Positions 12,581 to 27,100 of a stretch of DNA of 64,000 nt are shown in pieces. The notes under the pieces are model-generated. The model saw only the letters and a list, made by a program, of their open reading frames with translations. It did not search any database and had not been told where the DNA came from. Position 1 is the first letter of the stretch. Every line of letters starts with the position of its first letter. The DNA is from Orbicella franksi (Eukaryota), in the NCBI GenBank assembly GCA_964199315.1, contig OZ116699.1, positions 37,200,001 to 37,264,000 on the forward strand. The letters run 5' to 3'. Made by a program: the position numbers and the translations under genes.

Positions 12581-14159
12581 ATGTCTTATCACTCTCTTTT
12601 GATGTGATGAAAATAGTCGCCGACTCGTGCGCTTCAGCCAAAACAATTTATACGCCAGAGGTCAGAGGCGATACTAAATCTTGCAATCAGTAGAGAAACA
12701 ACTTAAGTGGCTCTTTGCGGCTCTTTTCGGCTCTTTTGTATTCTCTCTATAGTCCTTACTCTCCCGTAAAACTTTTCTTGGATCATTCCCTGTTAGGAAT
12801 TTCTTCCTGCCTTGAACAGCGAAAATTGGAAAATCAGCTTACCAAAGTGCAAGGACTTTCAGAAAAGACAACGTACGTTTGACATGAGGATTTCCTTTGT
12901 GCGATCAAAGTTCCATCTCCGCGCGTTCTGGAGTTATTCACAGTGAATTTGGCACGTGCAAATGTGCCCTTGGCCACATTTATATGTCCTGAACTATTAC
13001 ATTACATAAAATACAAATTATTTAATAGATAACTCAAACCAAGGGACTGCCTCCCAGATATATGTCCTTAGAAAATATATTCTACTTCGTAACAGCTGGA
13101 ATTCGTCTTTTACCTCACAACATCATCTCCCTTCAATACCAAGTCACGAATGACTTTAGACAGGAACCCTAGAGGCTGCCGGCATGAATGGTCCACCACT
13201 TACATTGTTAAAGGGCCATCTAGCGCAAGTAGTTACCAATTAACCTTAGAAGAAGCTCGTACTTTAAGGATAATGGTTTAACCTTCGCTTCTGCTGTGAC
13301 AGACATGAAAAAAGTCTGTTGTTTTGTTGCTTGGTTGGTAAATGGCTAGCCGAGAGCTCTGCTTGATACTGTAGACTTACACAACACACACCAAACATGT
13401 TTTCACATGCCAACCAACCTAGAAGTAAATCAAGCAGGTACCGGAATTTCTGGAATTTGTTAGCATTTAGGTTCAGGAAAAGCACACGTTATTGAACAGT
13501 CAATCTTTTCGTGGTTTCTTAATGCTCTATACAAGATTTTCCTTCATGCCACACTTGATACAGTGTCCAGTACTATTATTTGTGCCACTTTATAATTAAA
13601 CTGTCGCCTCTATGTAATACTATCTACTTGCTAAATAAAATAGATGTCCATTATCCTTGATTCAAAATGAAAAGAGGAGGGCATGGGGGAGGCTTCTCTA
13701 ATTTAAAGTTAATTTGTTTCTTCCTTCAATGTACTTCCTCGCATCACGATTCTGAATAAGCCTAATCAGAATTCATTTACAAAACAAACAGCAAAATTGA
13801 TGTTTTAACAGTTTATTTTGTAAAACTAGTAATTAACTAATTGCTTCTGATTCACCTGGTTGTTTTCTTTAGGATTTGACATGTGGTCGTCACTCATGCA
13901 AATTACAGCTCGTCAAAAGATGAAATTAACCGTGCCATGTGCGAAATATGAGACTGTAACCTTTTTTTCTTTTTTCTTTTCATGCAATAATCCTTGATGT
14001 GATGCTATTATAAACATATGCTTTATTGAAATGGCGTGAAAAAATATTGAAGAAATATTGTTTGAGTTCTTTTTTGCAAGTTTTTGGACCAAGCGGTAGG
14101 CGAAATACATAAATGTAGTAGTTGGTTTGAGCCCAGATATTATTATACCAGTTGTTCGT

Positions 14160-14460
14160 ATAGTGTGATCGTCCTGGCTAAGGTAGTTCTGAAAAGAACT
14201 GTTGTTGGTGATTCACGTTTCGAAACTCATCTTCAGAGTCAAGTGAAATTGGTTATCAGTCGCTGGTGTTATGATGATGTCTGGTCCATTGAAATTGATT
14301 GGTCAGTTTACCCGTGACGGTATTGGTTGAAGTACTCGTTTAAAGTTTGTCTACAGTCATTCGTCGGTTCTAGTAAGTCTCAGCTTATCTATTGCTAGTC
14401 CAATTTAGTCGCTCGGTTTGTTGCGAATAATATAAGTCGTTTGTAAGGTGCTGGTAGTTG
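14160..14460. mobile_element. Retroelement terminal fragment, Penelope-like
   Basis: GTGATCGTCCTGG..GAAAAGAACTGTTGTTGGTGA..CGTTTCGA..TCATCTTCAGAGTCAAGTG resembles the ends of Penelope/GIY-YIG elements; recognised from memory, not by search. Confidence 0.45.
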
Positions 14461-16453
14461 TTAACATAGGTTAAGGGGCATTCGTTTTAAGATGGTGTAG
14501 CAAACATAACAGAGTTAGATTTTGGAACTGATGAAAAAAAAAAAAAAAGCCAAAGCCGATAATGATATGTTATAAAACACGATCAGCATGAAAAGACGAG
14601 TATCAAGCTCATCTCTCATAGTCATGGAGTTTATGACGCCAGTTTTGTCTTTGGTTTCTTTGTATGCCTTTTGATATAGACTGGTACGTGTGTGAAATGA
14701 TAATACACAATTTCTGTGTCTTGCCAAGCTCGCTTCCAGACGAGGACCACCTTCCTGATGTTCATCTTGATCAGGAACACGATGGTTTTATGGGGCGTGA
14801 TACTTAAAGGTATTATAATTGTTCTCGCCATGAAATATAGTGTTCTACACAATCATGTTTGACGTCAAAATATATCGGTAGGATTTTGAGTGTAAACACT
14901 GTCAGCGAAGCGTCAAATTGCTGGGGCCACTTGAAACTGATGCCTGGCGGTGGTCACCGGGGTAGGCAAGAATCATATCCAGGGATGGCAGCAGCAAGTA
15001 ACTAACTTTATCATTCCATGCATTTTTTTTCTTCCCTTTCATTGGCCTAGTGCCTACCACGAGACCTGCAAATAACTTCCTACAAATAATGGTCTGCTCA
15101 TGAGTAATACTGTCTAAATGTGTTTTGCTGCAAATAATATTCTGCTCGTGCGTAATTGCAAGCACGCTCTTATGTGCTTCGGGAGATAATTGATCTGCTC
15201 CCACTGACAAATCACGATATTTTGTTCAAACTCCTTCAATAATAGACCTTTCCCACATTCCACCTCAGTGCGTATGAAAAATAGCACCAGAGCGAGGTTG
15301 GGGTGGACATTTTTATACATTAGCTATATTTCTGTCCACCTGACCTCGACTTGGCGCTATTGTTTGTTGGAATGCGGGAAAGGTCTATTGGTGATTGTTA
15401 AGTTTTCTAGTGCGATAGACCCAAGTTGATGGCACAGTAACAAATAACAATACGATGAATAGATCAACACGTTTGTTTCTCCATGCTGCGAAAGATGGAG
15501 CTTTTTGAGGCCCTAATGCAGAGCCACGATATTTGTGAAGTCTCTCTCCATAAGTTTTTTCTCCGAAAATAGTCTATAGGAAGAAGATGTTTTGTTTTGG
15601 GTAGTAGAAACAAAAATGGGACTTCGTAGTCACTAACACATGCAGACCCATCCATAAATGAAGTACATTTGCAGTTCTCGTCGGTTTGTCTAGGCTTGAT
15701 AAGTGTGGGAAACTATTCTTAGTGTTTACCCTTGGTACCATTTGGTATTTCCCTTTGTTTCGCATATACACTAGCTATGCGACCCTTTCGAGTGGTATAC
15801 CTAGGAATATCCCACGAGTCACTTAGCGTATTGTCTCGCTATGCACAAGAACCTTTAGACGAGTGTGTATGACGAGAAAATACAAGTGGCAACTGGGATA
15901 TCCCATGGTGTACCACCAGAAAGTGTTACAGACTATTTTATACCATGCCATAGAAAAAAAAAAACAGTGGCAAACATAATCAATGCAGCCCACGGTATAA
16001 AGGTTGGTTGTGATAGCGTCGCGTATACAACGGCTTTCCTGTATTCTGATTGCTGTACTTTCTATGGAATCGTATAAGGATATATTACCACACACCTGAA
16101 CAAAGGAGAATGCCAAATTGTGGCAAGGGTAGAATTGAACCACAACATCAACAACAACAACAACAACAACAACAACTTTATTTGTCCCCAACTTCAACTA
16201 TTTAAGTTTAACTAAATATCAAGCCTTTAAAAATGAATACAAGTTGCACTAATAACTATAAGTTTGGTTTGTATTTTTGGACCCAAAACACATATGTCAA
16301 TAACAAAGACAATAAGGGCCTTATAAAGAAAGCGTAGCCTAAGCTCAGTAGGTGAATGGTGTTGACGGACAAAGAGTACTGTCAACAAAATTAAATCTCC
16401 ACGTGTTTTTTAGATAGTAAACTCTTTAATACAAAACTTCATGCATTTTGGTT

Positions 16454-16833
16454 CTACGTTCTAGTCATATTTTTGTGAGTAACCTCGACCTTCCAAGTAT
16501 GTAAGTGATGTCGCTTCCAGTAGTTTACCATCTGTGGGCGGTAGATAGTATAGCAACAAGCAGGTGTACAACTTGGTGCACAGATCTCTCCACATGGGAC
16601 AGCGCATTGAGCAGGTTGGGATGAGGATACTGTAGGTGATTGGAAAGAATAACTGACAGTTGGCAGTGGGACTGCAGTTGTACAGCAGCTTGGTGTACAC
16701 GCAGAGCTGCACGTCAAATTACACTCGGACGGACAAAACGAGGGTGGTACCAGCCTATGATAAATTACAGGCTGAGGATGGTAGGCTGCAACGGGATATA
16801 ACGGGGTTGATGTAGACATCTTGTCATAACAAC
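16454..16833 (-). CDS. Terminal exon of gene B: two minicollagen-type CRDs
   Basis: CPSECNLTCSSACTPSCC and CAVPCGEICAPSCTPACC, then YWKR. Phase-1 acceptor ttgttgcag|GT. Confidence 0.85.
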
Positions 16834-19800
16834 CTGCAACAAAAACCCGTATGAATAAGTCGACGTGTTTATTTCTTTGAATTGTTAGAAAGCGAAATCT
16901 CTGGATTGCCACTCTTTTATTGGTCTTCGTTCCAGTTGTTCTAACTATGGGATATGCGAGAGGTTTTGCATTGAAGAACGGTTACAGCAAAGTCGAGCTG
17001 AAAGACTTTTTTAGAAGATGTGGTTAACGGATGGAATTCCTTTCCCATCAACGCTCCTTACTTAAGACTGTTCTTCAAAGTAAGACCAGAGCTACAACCT
17101 TCAGTAGTCTCGCTTCAAAACTGCGTACAAGGTGAAAAGAAGTGATCCATATTGCTGAATGTCCTTAATATAACAGCTCAACTGATAATTTTGCCTACGC
17201 TTTACTACGAACCAAGAAAATATTTTATCTCTAAAATGTCAGTTGTACAGGCATCCAATATCAGTTAAACGTGCGACGCTGTATCGGTCTTATGACACTG
17301 AACACGGTTAAGTTTAGTTACTTTGTAGCGTAAACTACAATTTAGAAAGCAATCAGTAACTCTGACTAGAAGTACAAAAACATGAAAGAACGGCATTCAC
17401 ACCATAGCAATATAGTCGATATCTATGGCAATAAATGCAGGTATTCCTATCTATGCTCGATAGCTGTGGAAAACGGAAAGGCAGAGTTCATAATACATGT
17501 AGGCAGTTTAAAACCAATTTTTCGACAATTAAGTCTTAACAACATCACAATTACCACAATCTCCTACAGCTGGAAAAACCCTCATATTGCCAAGCTTCCG
17601 TGACTCAATTTTGTTAAACAGTGCTCCCAAATGTTTGCCTTTCTCTCTGAACTTGATAAGTACTGTGGAAACAATCTTCATTTCAAAGCCAGAACTAAAT
17701 GATTAATCCAAAACAAAAATGAGTAAACAAAACAACATTAACATTTGGCTAGCATTACAAATACTTTAGCCATGACACTTATCGGTCATGGTGCCTCAAA
17801 ACATGATCTTGATTAGGCTCTCCCAAGGAAACACAGTTGAGCTGTTGGCTGCTTGAGGATGTTAATTTTCTGACAATTATTAAAAGCGTTTTGCTAACTG
17901 CTTTGGCTACACTGTATCTCTCGTACATGTGATATGTACATGACACATATTTTATCTGTGCGAGTGAACAAAAAGCAAAAAATCCCAATGCTGAAGCATC
18001 ATTAAAGAACCCTCGAAAATTTTAAAGGAGTTATCCCGAGCCGTGCTAAGTGACACAGTTGGTGTTAGCCAGTGAGAATACGGTATGATAATTACCTAAA
18101 TCTGAGAACTTGAACTTCTTCAAACTGTTCATCATCATCATATGCTTGCAAAATCTGAAATTTAAAGTTCCAATTTGAGACGATGAGTTGAGATCTAGAA
18201 CGGTATTGAATGTAAGCAGTAATGTTAGTGTTGATGTACCTAAGTTGGTAATACAGCTGCTTGTATTGTTTGTTTGTTTGTTTGTTTCTTCGCTGAAGTT
18301 GTTCATTGTATCTTGAATCCGTGAATAAAACTGACTGGCGGACTAACTGTTCGACTGGCTGACGGACTAACTGACTGACTGGTAGACTGACTAACTCACT
18401 GACTGACTGACTGACTGACTGACTGACTAACTGACTGACTGACTGACAGGCAGACTAACAGACTGACAGACTGACTGACAGACAGACTGACTGACTAACA
18501 GACTGACAGACTCACTGACTCACTGACTCACTGACTGACTCACTCTATCCTAGAGGCTGTTTATAATCATTACTAACTCCTAATTCAATTTCCCGGCGGT
18601 AGTCCATGAACTTGGAAGATTGATAACTTTCCAAATCATCAGTGTAGGTAAATTCGTCCAAGAGGATCGTGGTCCTGTAAGAAGAACCTAACAACGTAAA
18701 TAAAAGACACGGTGATGAGCCCAATGCAGGGATAAAACGAAGCTCGCTGAGTGCCTCTTTACCTCTAAACTTGTTAAACAAGTACAAGACCATGTACACT
18801 TACCTCATGTTTTCAAACGAAAAAGAGTGGATATACAATAAAGAAAAAAGTAAATAGAAACGTTTTTACAAAGCGAGGCCCAAACCCGATTTAGATATGA
18901 AATGGATACAAATTCAAAAGGTTACCACTGAAAAATAGCACGTACGGTTTTTATCCAGGAGCGTACAAGAACCCTGTGGTAAACGTAAAGAGCACATCAC
19001 CTTACATCAAATCGCATAGCACTTATCACCTCTAGTCTCCAAAAAAATCAATTTCTCTCTCCTTCTTAAGATACTTACATTCAAGTTCCGATATACTGGA
19101 CCTGGAAGATTTGGCGATCTTTAGAAGCTTCTTCTGGATTAATGAATGACTCACAGCTTTTTGAGTTTTCTCTTTTGGCGCTGTGACTTTGGCAATGTTT
19201 CAAAAAAGAAAAAAAAAAACAATTAGCATCTAATCAAAGCAACTGTGGCAATGCTGAAGTGTTATGAAGTCCATAGATACCCTGGAAATAAAATCTATTT
19301 CGAAAGGCAGTAAAAGAGCATCAGGCAATGAAAACTATTCTAAAATATTTTAATGCACACGTATGGGGGGGAAAACCTTTCTGAAAATAGGATGGAATTA
19401 AAAACGCAGCAGTTGGTCAATGAACACTAATGAAGCCTTTACGTTGGCGGAGATGATTGTCACTTAGATGTGAAAAGAAAAGAATAAGACTTCTTTATCC
19501 CTGAGTAAACTAAAATCTCGTCAAGAAAAAGAAAAAGCAACTTCATGGCTGTGTTCAAAACTAGAAGCCTCGGCAAAGGTCTGTGATATATAAATGGTGT
19601 CAAAACCAATGTAAAAAAAACATCCATGAGGATGTAAAAAGGGAGTAACCACAGCTAAGGAAACCGTTTTCTTAATGAAATACAATGTAAGTACTTTATA
19701 TTCTCTATTGTGTCTTCAATAGATTTTTTCCTATAATCTAAATCATCCACTGTTCTTTCGTCAAGCTGAATCAGGCAATGCTAAAACTAATTTTGTATAT

Positions 19801-21248
19801 CTAATAGCAAGTACAACAAACCTGTTAGTTTAAAAACAAAAACGCTATGCTTTTCTCCGACACACAGTGCTGAAGTGTCTTGACAAAGGTCAAAGTTCAT
19901 CGTAACACAGTGTGGACTCAAGTCTGACTGGGAGAAGGTGGGTGAATGATCGTCACTTGAATGACATTCCCCTCAGATAAAAAAAAATAAACATTGTTTA
20001 CTATTAAGCTGTAACGTTACCATAGTGGAAGAGAGAGCATACAAAGCCGGCAGACCAGGCCTAAAATCAACACCATACTTCAGGCCATTGGCTATAGTAG
20101 CGCTAACGTGGGCGCCGTTAAGCAGAGGAAACCGGAAGGGGGGGGGGGTACTCAAAGAAACACATCCATGTGCAGATTGGCAGAAAAGAAGCAGGATAGA
20201 TTTGTTTATGTACCGTGTATTTAGAGCCAACCTCTGCTCCACCAGAGGAGCAGGTATGACAGGAAGAATGGTGATGATGACTTCCGGCTTGAGATGAAAG
20301 ATTTCAATTCCGTTTTAAACCCCGTCCATTTTTTATTGTAAAGGTAATTGATTTTTATAGTTTCTGCTAAAAATTGAATATCAAATAGCATCAGTCCACA
20401 CCCTACTTCAGACCGTTATGGCTCAAAAAGCAGTAACCTTCAGCTCCATGGATGAAGGTAATGTAAGAAATACCCCCTCCCCACCTCCCCTCGTGAACCA
20501 GTCACGTGCAGGTATTAGTGTACAGTAGTCGTGTATTGAATGCAAGGACAAGGCTCAGTGAATCGTTATTACCATAGTTTGTCAGTCCAAACACTGCATA
20601 TCCCTTAACTTTCGTGGCCTTTGCGCATCTACAAGCCAAGTCAGGCAGATAAGCGTTAAATTCTTGGTAAGCGTATTTTAACCCACTCCATTTGGAACTG
20701 GACGATTTACGGTCTGTGAATAAAAGATCGGATAGAGGGCGGCCTTTTTGAGTTTTTTCCTTGTAGCACCCTATCCTCTGGAAACTTACGCCAGGACATC
20801 TTTGGCCTTGAAAAAAAAACAAATTCTTAATGCAATACATAAATCCTTTATAGTTTCCATAAGTTCAGTCTTTTTCGATCCTCCAGTTTTTATTTATTTT
20901 GTAAGATAATAGATTTGAGCTAATAAAACTGATTTGGGGTGAGGTAAGCGTGAAAAACGAATAGCAAGTATTTTTTGATCAAACAAGTAATTACTTTTGG
21001 TATCAGCTTAGAGGGCTGATGTGTATATTTTTCCGGAGGATTTAACTTCCCTTCGGGAGTCCAAGCATTGCTTTTTTGAATTTGAGCTATGCCTCCCAGT
21101 ACTAGACTTTGAATCTTGGCGCACTGTTTTGTCTATGATTAAAAATGTCCCTAGAAATACGCTTACCTTGTGTCGGTGATGTGAACAAGAATAGTGAAAA
21201 GAACACTATAAGATAGTTCACTACCATAGATGTCTTCTTGCTCGTCAT
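16454..21248 (-). CDS. Gene B: secreted 418-aa protein; signal peptide + WSC-like domain + basic linker + SEA-like domain + two minicollagen-type CRDs
   Basis: Exons: 21248-21167 (MTSKKTSMVVNYLIVFFSLFLFTSPTQG), 20806-20573 (QRCPGVSFQRIGCYKE..RPL..CRCAKA..GYAVFGLTNY), 19971-19822 (GECHSS..C..C..CVGEKHSVFVFKL), 19180-19079, 18687-18578 (EFTYTDDLESYQSSKFMDYRREIE), 18154-18096 (ILQAYDDDEQFEEVQVLRF), 17694-17555 (..LFNKIESRKLGNMRV), 16833-16454. Phases 1,1,1,1,0,2,1 join into one 1257-nt ORF. Confidence 0.85.
18331..18544. repeat. (GACT)n microsatellite in a gene B intron
   Basis: About 210 bp of imperfect GACT/GACA/CACT tetramers. Confidence 0.95.
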
Positions 21249-23709
21249 GACAATAAAACTGTAAAACATAAGATTCAATTTGATATAAAATAGATATTAA
21301 TATGTGAGCTTAACTGCATGCTACGCTCACACTGATTTGACCGACCAAAGACAATGCCTTTGAGTTTCTTTGCGATGTCAGATTTACCTTTACTTTTATT
21401 TTTCTTACAGCTTTTCTTGCAATTTCGGAACTCGCTCGATGTTTGGAGCGGGACAAATCTTAAGAACAGTACTCTTCGAATTATATCTATGCTGCCAAAA
21501 ATACAGGAACATGTAACTGGGTAACTATATATGAGAGAAATTTCGAAACACCTGGATTCAGTGGTTTGTCTTGTCGGTCTATGCTCAGCAGTTCTGACAA
21601 TTAAAATTTTATGAACAACAACTTAAGGTAAAAGTGAACCCTGGAATAAAGCAACCTTTCTAACATCATATTGTTACTAATTAAGACATCCTCTGCAGAA
21701 GGCTTTAGGATTGGCAAAAAGCAAAATATTTTCAATGGACTTCTCTCTGCTGGCAGAAGGTCAGTTTGTAAATTTTTGCGAGATCTTGGTTGAACAGAAG
21801 TTCCTTTTGTCAATAACGTTTGTTGTGCAGCTAACATGTTACAACGTATCACTTCTGATTAACATTTCGTTGCCTAGTCTATAGGTTTAGAACCTCCGTA
21901 GTTAACAATCTCGCGGCTCAAGCGCAGACCTTTCTTGAAGAGTTAAGATTAATAAGGACAAGTCAAGGAAGTGAGTATTACCTTATCCTCGTGTAACGTT
22001 GAACAAAGAGCAGCTTTCGCAGTTTTTATTTTATCTCTTCGTGTCCCAGCTCAGTAAATGATCGAAAAGCTATTTGTAAGCCATCAAAATACCGCAACAG
22101 TGAACTGACAGTTGCTTTCAGCTCTAAAGATCCAAGTACCTCGTTTAGTGATCTTTTACTATTGTTTAAGTGTTCTTAGGGGAGATGTGCTATTGAACAG
22201 AGAAAGCAATCGTCGCCAGACGTTTTTTCGGTCATTAAGGGCAAACTATTCTAGCGTTCCAAAATGCACAATAGACATACCATTATGTTTTGACATCCAG
22301 GCTAATCACAGAGAAAAGCTTGTTATGAGTACCGTTAATAATACATCAGGAAGGAGGAGAAATAGTATACAAAAACATTTTCAGCCCCACAAAGTTCAGG
22401 AGGTTGAGGAATCTTGATCCTATGATTTGCTGCACGGCAAGCTTTTTTTGTTCGATGAGTTTCGTGAAGGGAACACGAATACAAATCTGAATAATTTTAT
22501 TTTGCCTTGTTGTTTATTATGTGTCCCGCAGGAGTACCTGCAACCGACATAAATACAAACCAGTTTAATTGTTCACAATTAGTTGTTATTGTTTTCAGAA
22601 AATGAAACATGACCGGTGGATTTGATTTTTCAATCTTTGGACTTGATGGGCTCCTGTTTGGGATTAGTGCCATCTATTTGGAGCAAAAATTATTTGCCTC
22701 GTTTTGATTTAAACAACTTGAGACTTAAACTTCTTCTTCAGATATAAACTTCTTTGTATTGGCTGAACCAAATAACAGTCTAAACATTTTGATCCAACAG
22801 CAGGTGAAAAATATTGTCGCAAGGGGGAACGATTCTCTCATACGTGGCTCTCATGCGTGGGTCCAATCCAATGGTAAATTTTTTTGAAATCTATTTTTAG
22901 ACAAAGGCTACTAGCAGGAAAGATGCCTGATTGGTTGAGTGTTGTGACGTGTATTTTACAGTCCGTGACAACATGGGGTCTTTTCGCTGTTGTTTTACCA
23001 TAAGGTCGCTGACCAAGAATACTTAAGTCGCGAAAAATCTAGTGGCTCCAACGAGCTATAATCATGGCCATCTTGGTGACGGGGCAAGGTGGCCATTGTG
23101 TAAAGATAGAGTGGATATACAGCGAGTTATGTGAGTTACAATGTGACACGTTTCGGGAAGAGGGACAAGGTTTTCATTTTTTCAAAATGCTTACTATTGC
23201 ATTTTGAAGACGAAAGGCTAAAGCCATGCTCACCTAAACAAATAGAAATGAAATGCCATGTGCCAAGATAAATGGTTTGGGCGGTAACAAACCAGGCAAA
23301 AACTTCAGACGGTCAGAAGTGGCAAATCTTTCAATTATAGACATTACCTAGAGTTCCATGCCTTGAAATATTACATAAGCATTATATTTATCTTGCCAAG
23401 GCTGGTTTTACACTTAAAAGTTTCTACATTATCCTTAAGAAGTATTTAACAATCTTTCAAGAAATCATCAGGTTGCGAAGTTATAATAAACGGAAAGAAC
23501 AAAAACTTGCCTCGAGTTAGGTAAAAGAGATTTGACGGACGGCGTCAACTCGAGCTTGAGCCGATAAGAATGCATTGACCTTTGGAATAATACATAGTTT
23601 AAAATCCTACTTGAAATCCCTTTCTACTATTCCTTTGCTTCGTTTTATGAGGCCTGCATTTCGCCGGAAGGTACGTGTTCAGTCAAGTTTCTTATGATTT
23701 CTTGTCCAG

Positions 23710-24125
23710 TTAATGTTTTTCCTCTTCCAGAGGCTTTTTCTTCAGAATTGATTTAATATTTGTTTTTGTCCGCTTTGAGTTGAAAAATCGGCAACATGTC
23801 GGTGAGCAACTTGGCTCACAATTAGGAGAGCAACCCGAGGCGCACTGGGAACCAGGCCAACTCATGGGCTGAGACATTGGAAACTGAGAAGAGGCAGCTG
23901 GTGCAGGGGGGTTTGTGGCTTGGACGGGGAATTGATTATTCCACTGTTGTGCTGGTGGTTGGTAGACCTGAGGGCTTGGAACGACTGCTGTTACCGGTTG
24001 AGGTGGTGTAGCAGGCATGGGTGCCGGCACAGGCTGATAAAAAGGCTGGCAACAGGAAGCTAGACACAGGGGAACACAGGTTGATGGACAGTTGCTGGGA
24101 CATTGAGTGACATCTTCGTAGCAAC
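23710..24125 (-). CDS. Terminal exon of gene C: two minicollagen-type CRDs separated by a Pro/Gln-rich spacer
   Basis: [18 protein letters not shown] and [18 protein letters not shown], then [16 protein letters not shown]. Phase-1 acceptor gcaatgcag|GT. Confidence 0.85.
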
Positions 24126-27100
24126 CTGCATTGCGAATTGAAGTTCAAGTGAAAATTGAATAAGGCTTTTAAGAACCTAACATGTATCTTAGCGCGAACG
24201 TTGCATTGTTTTCTTGAATATTTATTTTAATTACCTGCCGCAGCAATCTTTCCCTCTCCAAGTTTATCCAGCAATTTTCCGAGGAATGTGTCTGCAGCTC
24301 TGAATCGCAAGATAAAGTAAGCTTTCACTCCTTCAGGCTCCTTTGAAGAACTGAAAAAAGGTATATTATAACCGGTCATTACAAGTGCAGAATGCTCGGT
24401 AAGATAAAAATTTAAATTGTTCTTAGATTCAGATATATTCAGTCACAATAACCAGGACCGTAACAGACAAGTTATGAGTAAGGCAATGCCCATTGTTAAA
24501 TTTTCTTCCTAGTAGGTATTTAGGAGTGTTTCACTTTCCTTCTTCATAAAGAAAACCAACAAAAACGAAAAGAGACAACAACAACTTCATTTGTACTCAG
24601 CTAGAAATTAGAAATTAAATGAACAAAAATAAGTTAAAATAAAACGAGTTCATGGCTGCCAGAAATAACCCCCGGCTATAACCTTAATGGGCTAATAAGA
24701 CCCGGTAGCTATCTTTAGTGATTTAAAGTGATTATTTATTTGGGTCAAATAAGAGGAGAAAATAAGAAAAAGACATGCAAGAGCACACACACACAAAAAC
24801 AATAATTATACATACAGAGTTAGTGCAAAATAGTTGGATAATACAATGTACTAGTCACATACAGAGGTACAGATATTCAATATGTACTAATAGCTTACAA
24901 GTGCCTCGGTTTATCTCATACTGGCTACAGCTCTGATAATCCGCAGGACCTGTGCCCTACATGCATAATCTCCGTCTCGATCCAAATTACAGAATGTATT
25001 CACGCGGTAAAGTAATTTTCTTGTGTTTTCTTTCTATTTATTTTTTGAAGGATTGCCGTCTTTCGACAAATGAAGAGTTATATGTTATGTATTTTTTGTC
25101 ATCTCTCTGAGATACATACATAGAACGTACCTGAATTTACTAAAGAACGCTCCACGAAAGTCTTTATCGTCTTCGTACACATTAAGCACCTTAGCAAAAA
25201 AATAATCGGGGAATTACACATTAGATTCCTAAAAACCGAAAATCAATTCTTAAAATTAAAAACTTACAGATAATCCAGTTGCACAGTGACGAATAACAAA
25301 CAGCTGCAAACGACTAAACCGTTATTTGCGCAAACCCGCTCCCCCACCTCCTCCCCCCGCAGTTAACGAAGAGAAGACTGAGGGTAGGAGAGTTAATCCC
25401 CCTATATAGACCGTGTTCCCAAGGGAATCCCTCTAAAATTATTTTCAGATCATTGAAATTCCAGACTCTAATACTTTAATGCAGATTTTGCTCACGTGAA
25501 CAGCTCACGTGGACAGCCCAAGTGGGTTTACGCGCAGCTTCTTCCTCCACGAAAAACATCCACGAAACGCGCATGGTGACGTTATCCACGGAATAACTGG
25601 GTAGCATGTCTAAAAATAACTTGAGAGGGATTACCCTGAGGATAGGGTCTATATGGGGGATTAACACTCTAACTGTTTATTCTCTCTTCATAATAATGAT
25701 TTGCAGGCGTATTCAGATCTCACCTTAAGCTCTATATCTCTTCTGGTGGATTGATAATTTTTATTTGACACAAAAAGAAAATCGTTATCCCAAGGCAGTC
25801 CTGTCTTTATTTCAACAAGGAAATTTTTACCTGTGAAGAAATACCCATTTATGAAATTAACAGATGGTTTAGTATATTGAAACAATAGCCTCCATCTGAC
25901 GCGAAAATATGTAAAAGCCGGGTGCCATAAAAACACGGTTATTTTGGGGAGACCTCTTTTTCAATTCATAAACTTCAAAGTACTTCTGTCGGCGTCCCAA
26001 ACATTCAGTTCTATTCAATTTAATGATTTGCAATTGGTTAAAATGAAAACGTACTTAACGGGCAGATACAATCTTAGAGATATCATCATATCAATATCTA
26101 GCTGTGACTCCGTCACTTGATGCGCTTAGACCAATCAAGGGCGAGAATTTTTGGTCCATTATAAGATTAGTTGTTGGTGTTTGCACTGTAGAAGACCCTG
26201 CAATAATTTTACCATCTCTTTTGGTTACTGCGCATTTACCGAGGGAGGTTTTAACTTACATGTAAGATTCCTCAAGTCGTCGTCTTTGGGCAGAAGGGAA
26301 TTATTAGCTGCATCCCGGTGGGGTACTTTTGCAGCGGGTTTGGCAACCGGAGCCCTCGAGATTTTTGCAGCAGAGAACGTTTTTGATAATCGAGGCGGTT
26401 TAGGTGATGCCTTGATACTCAAGCTGCCCTTTGTTTTCGCTTTCCCAAGTAAGCCCTGTTGCTGGAGCATACCTGTAAGATGAAAATGTTAAACTTTGAT
26501 CTTATAACATACGAGTTTACATAGCTCTATTAGTCAGTTCCCTCTCGATCACTATCCACCCTTGCAGATGAGCCCTAAAACCACCAGCTGCAGTTTGAAA
26601 TATTTCGTTAAACTAACGAAGTCTTTACAAGAGAATGGTGTTAAATACAACACTAATTCGTAGCCTACCTTTCCTCATTTTAACAGGTCCTTCTTGCATC
26701 TGTGGTGGTGAAAAATTGCGGATCCTTTTAAGCGCAATCCCTTGAAACAAATTGAAATGGATGTAGCGTTAATATGCAGCTCAAACACATTGTTCCAACC
26801 TGCAAACGTCATGCCGTAAAATTTTACCCTAGCAAAATTAAATTCGTAATATTTTCTTTAAGCCCAGAATACGAAATAAGAAAATTCTGCGTTATATGCA
26901 GTGTTTTAAGGCCTTCTTTCTTAAACTTTGAGTGGTTACTTTAGCGCTTAATATTAGATTCAGGTCTTTGTGAGTCCGAAGCAATAAATAATTGTCATTT
27001 ATTTGTTTATTCTTTGAGAAATGTTTGTGAGCAATTTCAGTCAAGTCAAGGGAGTCATAAGTACCACAGTGGGCGTAATTTTTTCAACTCTGCTCGCAAC

